From assembly GCA_963706325.1 (NCBI GenBank), contig CAVPLT010000006.1:64001-128000 (forward strand): 64,000 bases of DNA, read 5' to 3'. Below are positions 1-10,811 of this stretch, piece after piece (within the stretch, counting starts at the first letter, position 1; every line of letters begins with the position of its first letter). Below the pieces are notes generated by a model that saw nothing but the letters and a program-made list of their open reading frames with translations, was not told the DNA's origin and did not search any database. Origin of the DNA: an uncultured Nitrospiraceae bacterium (GTDB taxonomy: Bacteria > Nitrospirota > Nitrospiria > Nitrospirales > Nitrospiraceae). The translations under genes and the position numbers were made by a program.

Positions 1-273
1 CTTAAAGCTATCGCCTGATTTCGTGCCTTCAAGCTTAAGCGCATGACAGACTTCAACGCTACGCCATACCGGATTGCCAAGGACTGATTCGGCGGGCACC
101 AGTTTCATATCCGATACCACACCATCGAGAAGGGTCTTGGCCGCGATACGTGTCTTGTCTTTGGGTGGATCGCTGATAACGGCAAAGACCGTCACGTCCA
201 GCTCTGCCCACAGGGGTACCGCGAAGTACAGCATGCCCAGCGTTCCGATTGCCAGTGCACGGAACACACTCAT
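1..273 (-). CDS. Exported hypothetical protein, runs off the left window edge
   Basis: Read manually: ATG at 273 after AGAGGT, open frame MSVFRALAIGTLGMLYFAVPLWA-ELDVTVFAVISDPPKDK... with a signal-peptide-like N-terminus; lies 3 nt after the stop of the 277-549 ORF. Confidence 0.7.
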   Translation of the reverse strand, partial: MSVFRALAIGTLGMLYFAVPLWAELDVTVFAVISDPPKDKTRIAAKTLLDGVVSDMKLVPAESVLGNPVWRSVEVCHALKLEGTKSGDSFK

Positions 274-276
274 TCA

Positions 277-549
277 TTACCTCTTTGTCGCTTGAGGATG
301 GTCGGAAGGGATGTTCTCGACAGGCTTCAGGGAACGGCCTTGCGGATCCAGATGACCGTTCACAGTGGGACCCCCATGGCTGAGCGTACTGCTGCCCGGC
401 CGCGGCGCTCCCGATGAAACACCCGACTGCTCCAGATTCGCCGAGCGATCGTCTCTCCAAAGTATCAACAGGCCCACTACCAAGACCAACAATCCGAACA
501 CGAGAAGGATCCTCGCCAATCCCGTCACGTTCACCTCATATTCACACAT
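277..549 (-). CDS. Small membrane-anchored hypothetical protein
   Basis: One hydrophobic helix (ILLVFGLLVLVVGLLILW) then a low-complexity tail; tightly coupled to the next ORF. Confidence 0.55.
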   Translation of the reverse strand: MCEYEVNVTGLARILLVFGLLVLVVGLLILWRDDRSANLEQSGVSSGAPRPGSSTLSHGGPTVNGHLDPQGRSLKPVENIPSDHPQATKR

Positions 550-716
550 GCCATGTGGAGGTCAGTATGCCAAGGGGATCTGATCAATTCAAGGCGAGGG
601 CTGAGTCGTTATCATAGATCATGGTAAGCTGGCTCCAGGGTAACTGCCACCGACTCGTGCAGAAGTGGCTCAATCGTGACTGCTGCGAGTAGGCAGAGAG
701 AGAGGGGAGAGACGTT

Positions 717-1850
717 ATGCCGCATGATTTTATGCCGGGCCTGGCCGGTGTTCCAGCCGCAAAATCGGCGATCAGTGATGTCGACGGAGAGCGGGGGGTG
801 CTCGAGTATCGAGGCATCTGCGTGGAAGAGCTGTGCCAGCAGTCGTCATTTCTGGAGACCAGCTACCTTTTGCTTTTTGGCCGCCTACCGACGGCGACCG
901 AGCTCGCTCAATGGGTTCAGGATGTGACCCACCATCGCCGCATTAAATTTCGCATCGTCGATTTGTTGAAAGTGCTGCCCGAACATGGGCATCCCATGGA
1001 TGCCCTGCAGGCGGCCGTCGCGGCATTGGGCATGTTTTACCCAGGACGCAATGTGAAAGACGTCGAAAACAATTACTGGTCGGCGGTGCGACTCATCGCC
1101 AAACTGCCGACCATCGTGGCAGCGTGGGCTCGTCTGAGACGGGGAGATGAGTACATTCCTCCACGGGACGATCTTCCGTTCGCCGAAAACTTTCTGTACA
1201 TGCTAACCGAGACCGTTCCGCACCCCCTCTGGAGCGAGGTGTTCGATGACTGCTTGATTCTGCATGCCGAACACACCATGAACGCCTCGACATTTGCCGG
1301 CATGGTCACGGCCTCGACCCTGGCCGACCCGTACACCGTGGTGGCTTCGTCGATCGGAGCCTTGAAGGGGCCGCTACACGGCGGGGCGAACGAGGAAGTC
1401 GTCATCATGCTGAGGGAAATCGGCACGTCGGCTCATGCGCGTGAGGCAGTGGAGGCCAAGTTCCAGAAGAAACAGAAACTTATGGGATTCGGGCATCGGG
1501 TCTATAGAGTGAAGGACCCCCGCGCGACCGTGCTGCAGGAACTTTCAATGCGGCTCTTCAACGTCTGCGGAACCTCGCCGCTCTATGAAGTGGCGGTGGC
1601 GGTGGAGCAACTGGCGACTGAGCGCCTGCAAGGCAAGGGTATCTACCCCAACGTCGATTTTTACTCGGGTATTGTCTATGACAAGATGGGCATCGAGGTG
1701 GATCTGTTCACGCCGCTGTTTGCCATGGCGCGGGTGAGCGGCTGGCTGGCACATTGGCTGGAACAGTTACGGGAAAATAAACTCTACCGGCCTGATCAAA
1801 TTTACTCGGGGGAGCATAATCGATCGTACGTCCCGATCGAGCGTCGGTAG
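717..1850 (+). CDS. gltA: Citrate synthase
   Basis: HPMD, LHAEH..NASTF, GPLHGGAN, GFGHRVY..DPR, YPNVDFYSG motifs; GGGGAG SD. Confidence 0.97.
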   Translation: MPHDFMPGLAGVPAAKSAISDVDGERGVLEYRGICVEELCQQSSFLETSYLLLFGRLPTATELAQWVQDVTHHRRIKFRIVDLLKVLPEHGHPMDALQAAVAALGMFYPGRNVKDVENNYWSAVRLIAKLPTIVAAWARLRRGDEYIPPRDDLPFAENFLYMLTETVPHPLWSEVFDDCLILHAEHTMNASTFAGMVTASTLADPYTVVASSIGALKGPLHGGANEEVVIMLREIGTSAHAREAVEAKFQKKQKLMGFGHRVYRVKDPRATVLQELSMRLFNVCGTSPLYEVAVAVEQLATERLQGKGIYPNVDFYSGIVYDKMGIEVDLFTPLFAMARVSGWLAHWLEQLRENKLYRPDQIYSGEHNRSYVPIERR

Positions 1851-2136
1851 CCGTTATTCGGTCCGACCGATGAACCACCACAACACGAAAGACGTCATGA
1901 ACAGAATCCCGCCAAGCAACCCATAGGACATGAATTCCAACATAGACCGAACACTCCTTTCCATCCAAAGGGGGCTACTAAATAATGCCGGCCCCTCCAA
2001 TGTCAAGGCCCTCCTCCAAGCATATCTCTTCGCCCGTTGCTATTGACTTCGTCGGCGCCAAGATTACCTGCTTACTAGCGCACAGGATGTTCCGTAGATG
2101 AATCCACTCAGCACATCCACACAAGGAGGTAGGACA

Positions 2137-2592
2137 ATGGCAGTCGTAAGATGGGATCCATTTCGCGAATTGGAAGAGATGTCCGAGCGGTTGAATCGCA
2201 TGGTTGCCAGGCCGGCAGCCGGCCCGTCCGTAGGATCCGCAAAGGAAGTGATGACTGTGGCAGACTGGACCCCCACGGTCGATATCAGCGAATCGGAGGC
2301 GGAGTATGCCATTAAGGCAGAACTTCCGGAGGTCAAGAAAGAAGACGTGAAGGTCACGGTAGAAGACGGCGTCCTGACCATTCAAGGCGACCGGAAACAG
2401 GAAAAGGAAGAGAAGGGCAAAAAGTATCACCGGATCGAGCGTTCCTACGGACGGTTTGTGCGGAGCTTTACGCTTCCCGATACGGTCGATGAAAGCAAGG
2501 TGAAGGCGGAGTATACCGATGGCGTCCTACACTTGCATCTTCCGAAATCCGAGAAGGCCAAACCGAAACAGATCGATGTAAAGATCGGTTAG
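2137..2592 (+). CDS. Small heat shock protein, Hsp20 family
   Basis: WDPFRELEE, PTVDISE, AELP, GVLTIQG, ERSYGRFVRSFTLP, DGVL; SD AAGGAGGT at 2123-2130. Confidence 0.96.
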   Translation: MAVVRWDPFRELEEMSERLNRMVARPAAGPSVGSAKEVMTVADWTPTVDISESEAEYAIKAELPEVKKEDVKVTVEDGVLTIQGDRKQEKEEKGKKYHRIERSYGRFVRSFTLPDTVDESKVKAEYTDGVLHLHLPKSEKAKPKQIDVKIG

Positions 2593-2614
2593 CCGAAGCG
2601 GCTTAACGCGAACG

Positions 2615-2644
2615 ACGGCCCGCTCGCCGCGGGCCGTTCTTTCT
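2615..2644 (+). terminator. Probable intrinsic terminator after Hsp20
   Basis: ACGGCCCGC...GCGGGCCGT stem followed by TCTTTCT. Confidence 0.55.
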
Positions 2645-2878
2645 CTGCTACCCATACTCAGATCGGGCCGCAACACGCTTACCTGACGAGTGGCAGGTTC
2701 AACAACGAGCCTGTGAGACGTCCAACTGAACATCATTCTCTGTCGCACCTCCGCAGATCGGCCTGCACCTTACCCGCCTACGACGCTGCGACCTGCTTGT
2801 GCTTCCGCCGCATGACCGTTTAAGATGCGCGGCTCCAGCACGTCTATGTCCACCGCAGCCATTCGAGGAGACCCGACG

Positions 2879-4333
2879 ATGAAGAAAGCTTCGCGCACGC
2901 CCAATACTTTCACATCAATCACGACATCTACCCGCATGGAGCGGGATACAATGGGCGAGCTGCCGGTTCCCTCGGACGCGTATTATGGTGTGCAGACGGC
3001 GCGGGCGATCGAAAATTTCCCTATCAGCTCGCTACGTTTCCCACGGGCCATGATCCGAGCTATGGGACTCATCAAGCGGGCTGCCGCAGGTGTGAATCAC
3101 TCGCTGAATCTCCTCGACAAAAAGCCCGCTGAGGCTATCAGACGCGCAGCCACTGAAGTGGTGGATGGACACCTGGACGCCGAATTCCCGGTGGATATTT
3201 TTCAAACCGGGTCCGGCACCTCCACCAATATGAATACAAATGAGGTCATTTCGAATCGTGCGACGGAACTCCTCGGCGGCGCAAGAGGCAGTAAGCTGGT
3301 GCACCCGAATGATCACGTGAATTTAGGCCAGTCAAGCAATGACGTGATTCCGACCGCCATCCACATTGCGGCCTCAGAAATGATTCATCGTGAATTGCTC
3401 CCCGCGCTGACACGACTTCACAAGGCGCTGAACGGCAAAGCTCGAGAGTTCGACAAGATCGTCAAGATCGGCCGCACCCATTTACAAGATGCGACACCGG
3501 TTCGGTTGGGACAAGAATTCAGCGGCTACGCCAGACAAATCGAATTGGGCATCGCTCGAATGAAACGGGCGCAAACCGCCCTGAGTGAAGTCGCGCTCGG
3601 CGGTACGGCGGTCGGGACCGGACTCAATTGCCATCCAAAGTTCGCCTCCAAAGTTATGGCCCTCATCTCGAAAGAAACCGGATGTCACTTCCAGGAAGCC
3701 GTAAACCACTTTGAAGCTCAATCAGCCCAGGACTCCCTCGTGGAGGCCAGCGGGGCATTGCGGACGTTAGCGGTCAGTCTCATGAAGATCGCGAACGACA
3801 TTCGTTGGCTGGGGTCTGGCCCTCGCTGTGGCTTAGGCGAGATCAATCTGCCGGAAACCCAGCCGGGTTCATCCATCATGCCGGGCAAGGTCAATCCGGT
3901 CATCGCGGAATCCGTCACGATGGTCTGCGCGCAGGTAATCGGCAACGATGTCACCATCACCGTCGGTGGCCAGGCTGCGAACTTCGAACTGATCGTCATG
4001 CTGCCTGTGATGGCCTATAACCTGTTGCAGTCCATTGAACTCCTGGCAACGGCATCCACGAATTTTGCGGTGAAATGCATCGACGGGATCAAGGCGAATG
4101 AGGAGCGATGCAAAAGCCTCATCGAAGAAAGTCTCGCGATGTGTACGGCCCTCGCTCCCGTCATCGGCTATGAAGCCGCCGCCAAGCTTGCCAAGGACGC
4201 GTATAAGTCTGGCAAGACTGTCCGGGAAGTTGCGCGCGAACAGAACGTGCTGCCGGAAAAACGACTTACCCAACTCCTGGATCCCTGGCGCATGACCCAG
4301 TCCGGTGGGCCGGTCGGAAGCGCGGGTGGGTAG
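2879..4333 (+). CDS. fumC: Fumarate hydratase class II
   Basis: QTGSGTSTNMN, HPNDHVN, GRTHLQDA, GSSIMPGKVNP signature; GAGGAG SD before ATG 2879. Confidence 0.95.
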   Translation: MKKASRTPNTFTSITTSTRMERDTMGELPVPSDAYYGVQTARAIENFPISSLRFPRAMIRAMGLIKRAAAGVNHSLNLLDKKPAEAIRRAATEVVDGHLDAEFPVDIFQTGSGTSTNMNTNEVISNRATELLGGARGSKLVHPNDHVNLGQSSNDVIPTAIHIAASEMIHRELLPALTRLHKALNGKAREFDKIVKIGRTHLQDATPVRLGQEFSGYARQIELGIARMKRAQTALSEVALGGTAVGTGLNCHPKFASKVMALISKETGCHFQEAVNHFEAQSAQDSLVEASGALRTLAVSLMKIANDIRWLGSGPRCGLGEINLPETQPGSSIMPGKVNPVIAESVTMVCAQVIGNDVTITVGGQAANFELIVMLPVMAYNLLQSIELLATASTNFAVKCIDGIKANEERCKSLIEESLAMCTALAPVIGYEAAAKLAKDAYKSGKTVREVAREQNVLPEKRLTQLLDPWRMTQSGGPVGSAGG

Positions 4334-4405
4334 CCTCCATCGAAATAGGGCCGCGGGCATGACCTGTTTTGCCCTGTCAACCAACGCCGCGGACTGCCCT
4401 GGTTT

Positions 4406-4435
4406 TTGACAGTTTGAGGACCCCTATGCTAACGT
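4406..4435 (+). promoter_or_regulatory. Sigma70-type promoter candidate
   Basis: TTGACA (4406-4411), 18 nt, TAACGT preceded by an extended -10 TG. Confidence 0.45.
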
Positions 4436-4504
4436 GCGCAAAATTTTGGATACCTGTGCCGTCTGACGGCTTCTGTTTACTAGAGACAGATTGAAGGATA
4501 GATA

Positions 4505-5875
4505 ATGAGTGCAATGGGTTCGGATAGAAGCGGGCATGTCGTAATTGTAGTGGGAGCCGGTCCAGCCGGAATGGCATTGGCCAAGAAATTGACGGACGCC
4601 GGCCATGAGGTGATCATCCTCAATCGCGATATCAAGTTCGGCGGATTGGCCGAGTATGGTATTTTCCCCAGCAAACTCAAACTGCGCGGCGGCTTGAAAA
4701 AGCAGTATTGGGACATGCTCGAGCAACCGAACGTGCAGTACTTCGGCAATGTCTCGGTAGGGGAGGGAAAAGACCTCACAGTCGAACAACTACGTGGACT
4801 CGGCGCAAGCGCCATTGCATTTTCAATCGGCGCCCAAGGCACGAAAGCCATCGGCGTCGAAGGGGATTCCGCCAAGGGCGTGTTCCACGCGAAGGATGTC
4901 GTGTATCACTTCAATCGCTTGCCGGGATTCGGCGACCGTCCCTTCGACATGGGAAAACATGTGGGGATCATCGGGGTGGGCGACGTGATGGTCGACATCG
5001 CCCATTGGTTGATCAAGTATAAAAAAGTGGAGCGCGTCACCGCCATCGCCCGTCGCGGGCCGGTCGAGCGCAAATACAACCCGAAAGAAATCCGAGCCGT
5101 CTGCTCCAACATGGATCGGGAAGGCATTGCCGCAGAATTTGCCCGCATCAAGGACCGGCTAGCCGCAGTCGGTCAGAACGCCGACGAAGTGCTGGCAAGC
5201 ATGACCGCTGAATTCACCAAGTGCGAAGCGACGGGAAGCTCCTCCAAGATGGGGTTTCGATTCTTGGCCTCGCCGAAGCGAGTGTTGGTCGACGCCAACA
5301 ATCGCGTGCGCGCACTCGAGATGGAAGAGAACAAATTGGAACCGAAAGGTGACGACACCGCCGCAGTTGGACTCAAACAATTGTACGAGTTTCCCATCGA
5401 CAGCGTCGTGTTTGCCGTGGGCGATCGGGTCGATGAGACCGTCGGTCTGCCTTACAAGAACGGCGTGTATGTCACCAATCCCAACAAGACCGGCAACGAT
5501 CCTGATGACGCGCTCTTTCAAGCCTACGATGAAAAATCGGGCAAGGTCATCGATGGCCTATTTCTGACCGGCTGGGCGCGTAAGGCGAGCGAAGGTCTCG
5601 TGGGTATCGCAAAGCGCGATGGGGACTGGTGCGCCGAAGTGATCGGCCGTTACCTGGCAACCAGCACGTCACAACCTTGCGCGAAGATGCCCGACGTCGT
5701 CGCCAAACTGCAGACTCTCCTAAAGGAAAGAAAGAGTCAGCCGGTCGATCTTGACGGTCTCAAAGTCTTGGATGCCGTCGAGAAAACACATGCCGGTTCT
5801 TCGGACGCTATCGGCGAGTTCAAGTTCGCGGCGAACGCCGACATGTTGGCCCATATTGAGCGCGGGCGCAGATAG
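4505..5875 (+). CDS. FAD-dependent oxidoreductase, ferredoxin-NADP+/adrenodoxin reductase-like
   Basis: VVGAGPAG FAD motif, GGLAEYGI, second motif IIGVGDVMVDIA, ARRGP, GWARKASEG. Confidence 0.8.
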   Translation: MSAMGSDRSGHVVIVVGAGPAGMALAKKLTDAGHEVIILNRDIKFGGLAEYGIFPSKLKLRGGLKKQYWDMLEQPNVQYFGNVSVGEGKDLTVEQLRGLGASAIAFSIGAQGTKAIGVEGDSAKGVFHAKDVVYHFNRLPGFGDRPFDMGKHVGIIGVGDVMVDIAHWLIKYKKVERVTAIARRGPVERKYNPKEIRAVCSNMDREGIAAEFARIKDRLAAVGQNADEVLASMTAEFTKCEATGSSSKMGFRFLASPKRVLVDANNRVRALEMEENKLEPKGDDTAAVGLKQLYEFPIDSVVFAVGDRVDETVGLPYKNGVYVTNPNKTGNDPDDALFQAYDEKSGKVIDGLFLTGWARKASEGLVGIAKRDGDWCAEVIGRYLATSTSQPCAKMPDVVAKLQTLLKERKSQPVDLDGLKVLDAVEKTHAGSSDAIGEFKFAANADMLAHIERGRR

Positions 5876-5889
5876 CCGCTGGCGCTTTC

Positions 5890-6750
5890 TCACCCGTCTC
5901 CCCATTTTAACTTCTCACGCAACACTTCATAATAACTGCTCTCGGGAAAACGGATTAGCCGAGTCAAGTGTTCGGACGCCTTGATTTCGACGGTGTCCCC
6001 CTGCGACATCGCAACCCCGACTTGGCCATCCAGTGTGGCCATGGCCCCGTCGTCTTTGCTGGTCAACACCACCTCAATTTCGGCATTGGCAGGGACTATC
6101 AACGGACGGTGGGTCAGAGTATGCGGACAGACAGGCGTAAGGATCAAAGACTGAACGGCCGGATTAATGATGGGGCCGCCCGCAGAGAGGGAGTACGCCG
6201 TCGATCCGGTTGGGGTACTAATGATCAGCCCGTCTCCTCGAAGGTTCGTCACGAACTGTCCCTGAAGGGCAATTTTTAGTTCGATCATGCGAGCGAGGGT
6301 CCCCTTGCTGATCACCACGTCATTGAGGACTACCCCGCGCGCCACAGTTTCGCCATGTCGATGCACGTGGGTCTTCAGCATGAGCCGCTCGTCGACCACA
6401 TAGTCGTTGGCGAACATGCGTTCGAGCGATGGATACAAATTCTCAAGCAGGACTTCGGTCAAGAACCCGAGGCCGCCCATGTTCACACCGAGAATAGGGA
6501 TCCCTCGCTCTCCAGCCAATCGCGCGGCGTTGAGCATCGTGCCGTCGCCGCCCAGCACGAGCAACACATCAGCCTTGGCCGCCAATTGAGTCTTCTGGAA
6601 TCCACCCTGCTCGCCGAGCAACGTCGTCGCCGTGGTATCGAGGAGTACATCAATGCTGCGAGAACGTAGCCACGTAACCACGGCCTGCACAGTCGATTTG
6701 ACTTCAGGGAATTTTGGTTTCGTCAGAATGCCGATGCTTTTGCTTTTCAT
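5890..6750 (-). CDS. nadK: NAD+ kinase
   Basis: LGGDGTML, GLGFL, LNDVV, GDGLIISTPTGSTAYSLSAGG. Confidence 0.97.
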   Translation of the reverse strand: MKSKSIGILTKPKFPEVKSTVQAVVTWLRSRSIDVLLDTTATTLLGEQGGFQKTQLAAKADVLLVLGGDGTMLNAARLAGERGIPILGVNMGGLGFLTEVLLENLYPSLERMFANDYVVDERLMLKTHVHRHGETVARGVVLNDVVISKGTLARMIELKIALQGQFVTNLRGDGLIISTPTGSTAYSLSAGGPIINPAVQSLILTPVCPHTLTHRPLIVPANAEIEVVLTSKDDGAMATLDGQVGVAMSQGDTVEIKASEHLTRLIRFPESSYYEVLREKLKWGDG

Positions 6751-6802
6751 AATTGATGAAACTGCGGCGGTGATCAGATGAGAGGTAGCCGAAAGGTGGA
6801 GG

Positions 6803-6832
6803 ATTGTATCGGGATGATTCTTAGGCTGTCAA
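6803..6832 (-). promoter_or_regulatory. Sigma70-type promoter for nadK
   Basis: Minus-strand TTGACA (6832-6827), 18 nt, TACAAT (6808-6803). Confidence 0.6.
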
Positions 6833-6922
6833 ACAAGACACCTGAGACAGAGAAACCATGACCGTCGCTGAGCCGAAACTATTTGAGCAGGCCTTCACAC
6901 GCTCTGCGTTTTGTTCAATACC

Positions 6923-6951
6923 TTGACACCCCAAATTGCGCTAGTTAGAAT
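6923..6951 (+). promoter_or_regulatory. Sigma70-type promoter for clpC
   Basis: TTGACA, 17 nt, TAGAAT. Confidence 0.7.
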
Positions 6952-7040
6952 CACACATCAGAGTTTTTGAGCCTTTTGACGCGCATTTATTCATTTACCT
7001 AAGGCTTCTCTTACAGACCCCATCACCATAAGGAGGCGGG

Positions 7041-9470
7041 ATGTTCGAACGGTTCACGGACAAGGGTCGCAAGATCATCATCCTGGCACGTGAAGAAGCC
7101 GAGCGCCATCAGAACGACTATCTGGGCACCGAACACTTGGTGTTGGCCATCCTTCGCGAGACGGATGGAATCGCGCTAATGATCCTCAAAAAAATGGGGC
7201 TCTCGACGGAACAAATTCGGCTCGAGATCGAGCGGAATCTTCCGGGCGGAGGCACAACGATGACCTTTGGGGAAATTCCATTCAGCCCCAGGGTCAAGAA
7301 AGTCATCGAGTACGGTGTCGAAGAGGCCCGATTACTTGGTCATAACCACATCGGCAGCGAACATTTGCTGCTGGGTCTGCTTCGTGAAGAAGAGGGGATC
7401 GGGGGAAAAATCCTCCGAAGCCTCGGGGCGAACCTTCTCACGGCTCGGCAACTCACCGTAACCTTCCTGAGAAAATCTGCGCCACGTGAGCGTGATCGTA
7501 AGAGCAACACTCCGGCGCTCGATGAATTCGGCCGCGACCTGACTCAACTCGCCCAAGAAGGGCAGTTGGATCCAGTGATCGGGCGTGCGGACGAAATTGA
7601 GCGAGTTCTCCAGATTCTGAGTCGTCGCTCGAAGAACAATCCGGTGCTCATCGGCGAATCGGGCGTTGGAAAAACCGCCATCGTCGAGGGCCTTGCGCAA
7701 CGTATTGTGGCATCCGAAGTCCCGGACAATTTATTGTCTCGGCGCGTGATCGCACTTGATCTGGGCTCGCTCGTAGCCGGCACGAAATATCGCGGCCAGT
7801 TTGAAGAGCGCTTGAAGGTCGTGATGAAGGAGATCGTGCAGGCCGGAAACATCATTATCTTCATCGACGAATTGCACACGTTAGTCGGCGCCGGAGCCGC
7901 CGAGGGGTCCATCGATGCATCGAATATGCTCAAGCCGGCGTTGTCGCGCGGAGAAATTCAATGCATCGGTGCCACCACGCTCGACGAGTACCGTAAGCAC
8001 ATCGAGAAGGACGGGGCCTTAAAACGTCGTTTCCAGCCGATCCACGTACAGCCGCCCAGCACCGATGAGACAGTTCTCATCATCCAGGGCCTGCGGGATC
8101 GCTATGAAGAGCATCACGGGGTGGAAATCACCGAAGACGCGATCGTGGAAGCAGTCAAGCTGGCAGACCGTTACATCACCGACCGTTTCCTACCTGACAA
8201 GGCGATCGACCTCATCGACGAGACGGGCTCCCGAGCGAAGTTGCAGACCTACGCGCTGCCATCGGAGCTTAAAGCCCTGGAGCAGGAACTGAAGAAAATC
8301 TCGCGTGACAAAGAGCTGGCGATCTCGATGCAAAACTTCGAGGAAGCCGTCCGTCATCGAGAAGAAGAGGAGCGTTTGCGAAAATTGCTTGATGAATCCA
8401 AGCGTGAGTGGAAGAAGAATCAAGAGAAGCACAAGCCGACCATCGGCAAAGAGGAAGTCGCCTATGTCGTGTCGAAGATGACCGGTATTCCGCTCTTTAA
8501 GTTGGAGGAAGAGGAATCCAACAAGTTACTCCGAATGGAGGAGTTTCTTCACAAGCGAGTCATCGGGCAGAACGAGGCCATTTCGGCAGTGGCTCGTGCC
8601 ATTCGTCGATCTAGAGCGGGCCTTAAGGAAGCGAAGAAACCAATCGGTTCCTTCATTTTCCTCGGACCGACCGGCGTCGGAAAAACGGAATTGGCGCGGA
8701 CCCTTGCAGAATTCCTCTTCAACAGCGAGGACGCGCTCATTCGTATCGATATGTCGGAGTACCAGGAGAAATTCACCAGTTCGCGGTTGTTTGGCGCTCC
8801 TCCTGGGTATGTCGGGTATGAGGAAGGCGGACAACTCACAGAGAAAGTGCGTCGTCGCCCCTATTCGGTAGTGCTGTTCGACGAAATCGAAAAGGCACAT
8901 CCCGACGTGTTCAACGTCCTGCTCCAAGTCCTGGACGACGGCGTCCTGACGGACAGCCTGGGACGGAAAGTCGATTTCAAAAATACGGTCGTGATTATGA
9001 CCTCGAACATCGGCACCAAGCTGATCCAGAAGGGTGTTTCGCTCGGCTTTCAGAACGACGAAAAGGGTGGACAGCTCCTGCGTCGAAAAGAAGAAGTGAT
9101 GGGAGAACTCAAACGTTCATTCAGTCCGGAGTTCTTGAACCGGATCGATGAAATCGTGATCTTCCACTCCCTTGAGAAGGAGCACCTGATCCATATTTTG
9201 GATATCCTGCTGCACGAACTCAATCTTCGTCTCATCGAGAAAAGTGTTACGATCGAGGTGGAGGATGATGTTAAACAGTGGCTCATCAAGGAAGGGTACG
9301 AACCGCTCTACGGTGCCCGTCCCATGCGTCGTATCATTCAGCGGGCGATCGGTGACCCGCTGTCTGAAGAATTGATCAAGGGCCGTTTTAAGGAAAATAG
9401 GAAGATTAAGGTGGTCCTGCGCGACGGCGCGCCGGCCTTCATCGAACAGGAAGCCATGGCGGGCGTATAG
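7041..9470 (+). CDS. clpC: ATP-dependent Clp protease ATP-binding subunit ClpC
   Basis: MFERFTD start, two Clp-N repeats, GESGVGKT and GPTGVGKT Walker A motifs, short UVR-like coiled coil; AAGGAGG SD. Confidence 0.97.
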   Translation: MFERFTDKGRKIIILAREEAERHQNDYLGTEHLVLAILRETDGIALMILKKMGLSTEQIRLEIERNLPGGGTTMTFGEIPFSPRVKKVIEYGVEEARLLGHNHIGSEHLLLGLLREEEGIGGKILRSLGANLLTARQLTVTFLRKSAPRERDRKSNTPALDEFGRDLTQLAQEGQLDPVIGRADEIERVLQILSRRSKNNPVLIGESGVGKTAIVEGLAQRIVASEVPDNLLSRRVIALDLGSLVAGTKYRGQFEERLKVVMKEIVQAGNIIIFIDELHTLVGAGAAEGSIDASNMLKPALSRGEIQCIGATTLDEYRKHIEKDGALKRRFQPIHVQPPSTDETVLIIQGLRDRYEEHHGVEITEDAIVEAVKLADRYITDRFLPDKAIDLIDETGSRAKLQTYALPSELKALEQELKKISRDKELAISMQNFEEAVRHREEEERLRKLLDESKREWKKNQEKHKPTIGKEEVAYVVSKMTGIPLFKLEEEESNKLLRMEEFLHKRVIGQNEAISAVARAIRRSRAGLKEAKKPIGSFIFLGPTGVGKTELARTLAEFLFNSEDALIRIDMSEYQEKFTSSRLFGAPPGYVGYEEGGQLTEKVRRRPYSVVLFDEIEKAHPDVFNVLLQVLDDGVLTDSLGRKVDFKNTVVIMTSNIGTKLIQKGVSLGFQNDEKGGQLLRRKEEVMGELKRSFSPEFLNRIDEIVIFHSLEKEHLIHILDILLHELNLRLIEKSVTIEVEDDVKQWLIKEGYEPLYGARPMRRIIQRAIGDPLSEELIKGRFKENRKIKVVLRDGAPAFIEQEAMAGV

Positions 9471-9527
9471 CCCGAGCAATTGCCGCGATTCAAGGATCCA
9501 AACGTACGTGCGATCCTTTCAACCGCC

Positions 9528-9575
9528 CGACAACCCCCGAGGTCCTGTTCCGGATCTGGGGGTTGTCGCATTTTT
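9528..9575 (+). terminator. Intrinsic terminator after clpC
   Basis: CGACAACCCCC...GGGGGTTGTCG stem followed by CATTTTT. Confidence 0.75.
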
Positions 9576-9715
9576 ATGACGGAACTACGTGCGGAACCAT
9601 TCCTCTCTGCCCAGGGCCCAGGAGGCTTTCAAGCCTTGATGTATCAACGATGCGCAGTGCTGGTGCGTCCTCATGACCCCCATAGCGTAGGCACCCAAGT
9701 CCGGCTGTCTTCCGT

Positions 9716-10786
9716 ATGAGTGACCAGAGAGCTGCTGATGTCGTCGGGCCAATTCTCGGGATCGAAACCTCCTGTGATGAAACCGCCGCAGCCGTACTGG
9801 ACGGAGTGGGTCATGTGCTTGCCAATATCATCTCCTCTCAACAAACCGTCCATGAGAAATTCGGGGGTGTCGTACCGGAACTGGCCTCGCGTGCCCATAT
9901 TCAGAATGTGGACGAGGTCACCCGAGCCGCACTCGACCAGGCCGGATTCGGCTGGCACAACCTCCATGCTATCGCCGTTACCCAAGGACCTGGGCTAGCC
10001 GGCGCGCTGCTCGTCGGAATTAGCTATGCCAAGTCGCTGGCCTATGCGTTGGAAATTCCGCTGGTCGGCGTGAACCATCTGGAAGGTCATATCGCGTCGG
10101 CATGGATCGACCGTCCGTCCTTTCCCCGGGCTTGCGTGGTGCTGATCGCCTCCGGTGGACACACCCACCTCTTTCAAGCCACGGAAAAAGGCGGTTTCCG
10201 TCTGATGGGACGAACCATCGACGACGCCGCAGGCGAGGCGTTCGACAAGGGCGCGCAGATGCTGGGTCTCGGATATCCTGGCGGACCCCTCGTCGACAAA
10301 GTCGCCCGTAACGGTCGTCCCGCTTCGGTGCGTTTCCCTCGTTCACGCGTCCGAACGGGCCAACTTGATTTCAGCTTCAGCGGGCTCAAAACAGCCTTGC
10401 TCTATCACCTCCAGCGGATGTCCCCCCAGGCCATCGCCGAACAACAAGCCGACCTTGCGGCAGCCTATCAAGAAGCCATCGTGGATATCCTCGTCCGCCA
10501 GGCATTCGCAGCTGTAGAACAAACCGGAGTATCGGCGCTCGCTGTCGTGGGGGGGGTGTCGGCCAATTCCCGGCTGCGGGCCAGGTTGGCGGCACGAGCG
10601 TCGGAAGAGGGGATTGAGTTAAGCCTGCCGGCTCTCTCTTTTTGCACGGACAACGCGGCCATGATTGCGGCGGCAGGCCAACGAGCCATTCTGTGCGGAA
10701 AATTGACAGCGTTCGATTGCGAAGCGATGCCCACTTTTGCGCTCTCTTCGCCCACCGCTGCCACCAGTGGCAGCATCAGAGAGTGA
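9716..10786 (+). CDS. tsaD: tRNA N6-adenosine threonylcarbamoyltransferase
   Basis: LGIETSCDET, GGVVPELASRAH, GPGL, NHLEGH, SGGHT, DDAAGEAFDK, TDNAAMI. Confidence 0.97.
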   Translation: MSDQRAADVVGPILGIETSCDETAAAVLDGVGHVLANIISSQQTVHEKFGGVVPELASRAHIQNVDEVTRAALDQAGFGWHNLHAIAVTQGPGLAGALLVGISYAKSLAYALEIPLVGVNHLEGHIASAWIDRPSFPRACVVLIASGGHTHLFQATEKGGFRLMGRTIDDAAGEAFDKGAQMLGLGYPGGPLVDKVARNGRPASVRFPRSRVRTGQLDFSFSGLKTALLYHLQRMSPQAIAEQQADLAAAYQEAIVDILVRQAFAAVEQTGVSALAVVGGVSANSRLRARLAARASEEGIELSLPALSFCTDNAAMIAAAGQRAILCGKLTAFDCEAMPTFALSSPTAATSGSIRE

Positions 10787-10811
10787 CGTTCGAATACCAA
10801 GGAGTGCGGCC

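Noticed and set aside
6751..7040. CtsR or CIRCE operator upstream of clpC
   Set aside because: Only divergent sigma70-like promoters found; no heptad repeats or CIRCE inverted repeat.
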